Positions 63,087 through 64,000 of a stretch of DNA of 64,000 nt are shown here, in pieces. The position numbers and the translations under genes were made by a program. The stretch is taken from the NCBI RefSeq assembly GCF_001194135.2, contig NC_068999.1, positions 45,590,053 through 45,654,052 of the forward strand, written 5' to 3'. The notes under the pieces are model-generated. The model had not been told where the DNA came from and made no database searches. It worked only from the letters and a program-made list of their open reading frames with translations. This stretch comes from Octopus bimaculoides (lineage: Eukaryota). Within the stretch, counting starts at the first letter, position 1, and each line of letters opens with the position of its first letter.

Positions 63087-63470
63087 GTGGAGGTGCAATG
63101 GCCCAGTGGTTAGGGCAGCGGACTCGCGGTCATAGGATCGCGGTTTCGATTCCCAGACCGGGCGTTGTGAGTGTTTATTGAGTGAAAACACCTAAAGCTC
63201 CATGAGGCTCCGGCAGGGAATGGTGGCGAACCCTGCTGTACTCTTTCACCACAACTTTCTCTCACTCTTACTTCCTGTTTCTGTTGTGCCTGTAATTCAA
63301 AGGGTCAGCCTTGTCACACTGTGTCATGCTGAATATCCCCAAGAACTACATTAAGGGTACACGTGTCTGTGGAGTGCTCAGCCACTTGCACATTAATTTC
63401 ACGAGCAGGCTGTTCCGTTGATCGGATCAACTGGAACCCTCGACGTCGTAAGCGACGGAGTGCCAACAAC
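63087..63470 (+). mobile_element. Full-length young tRNA-derived SINE, head X + tail 1 (OK-like)
   Basis: A-box TGGCCCAGTGG, TCG anticodon-like loop, B-box GTTTCGATTCC, CpGs retained, tail ends GGAGTGCCAACAAC. Confidence 0.92.
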
Positions 63471-64000
63471 ATATATGACACAGAAATATGCCTGGGACGA
63501 GGGTTGCCTGGGACGAGGGTTGCCTGGGACAACCTGAACAGATACTGATAAATGGTGGATGCAGCAATCTGATATGAACTGTGTGATGTTGCTTTTGTTC
63601 CATGCTGCTTACTCCTAGCATGTCTTGAAGCATCACCAATGAGGCAGGACTGATAAGAATCAGTCATTTCTCTCCTCTCCCCTCTCTCTCTCTCTCTCTC
63701 ACTCACTCACTAACTTTACAGACCTTGGAAATTGTTTCTGTTACTGTTGCTTCCCTAAAGTATCGGTTTTGATTGGAATAACAGAGAAAATGTTTCAAAG
63801 AATTTTCACTCTTTTTAAATATTAACAAAGAACCAGAGGGAAAAAAAAAAAAAATGAAGAAATTTTGAATGACTTTTCTTCAGAAAGAGGAGAAAGATGG
63901 AAAAATTAGTGGAGAGGAATATATAGTTTTTGCAATGGAATTACGGTTATTTAAGAATTGAATTAAATCACTACAGGGAGTAAAGATCCTAAATAAATGT

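Noticed and set aside
63087-63160. tRNA-Arg(TCG)-like gene
   Set aside because: It has A/B boxes but no closing acceptor stem and continues into a SINE body; the same holds for all other tRNA-like heads.

Overview
This is AT-rich, repeat-dense animal genomic DNA, intronic or intergenic, from a gapped assembly. About 10 N-runs lie at approx. 20476-21075, 24340-24383, 33587-33596, 36140-36575, 39080-39544, 40310-40384, 47088-47097, 47332-47711, 58823-59514 and 60688-61313, nearly all at microsatellites. The SINE families and extreme microsatellite load suggest an octopus or other coleoid cephalopod; this is an inference, not searched. No host gene could be identified with confidence, and almost all supplied ORFs are microsatellite or N-gap artefacts. 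The only clearly recognisable coding remnants are transposon-derived: R4/Dong-like RT-RLE non-LTR fragments (5530, 12590, 21590) and a mariner D34D C-terminus folded into a palindrome (54958-55526). The rest comprises modular tRNA-derived SINEs that share heads, cores and tails, MITEs (hAT, piggyBac-like, pogo-like, palindromic), one Helentron-like HINE, and mini/microsatellites. The most interesting signals are a repeated element with hammerhead-ribozyme core motifs (12114, 49416, 49600), TAA-microsatellite-flanked Dong-like insertions, long foldback structures, a candidate recursive splice site (26147) and several candidate small exons.
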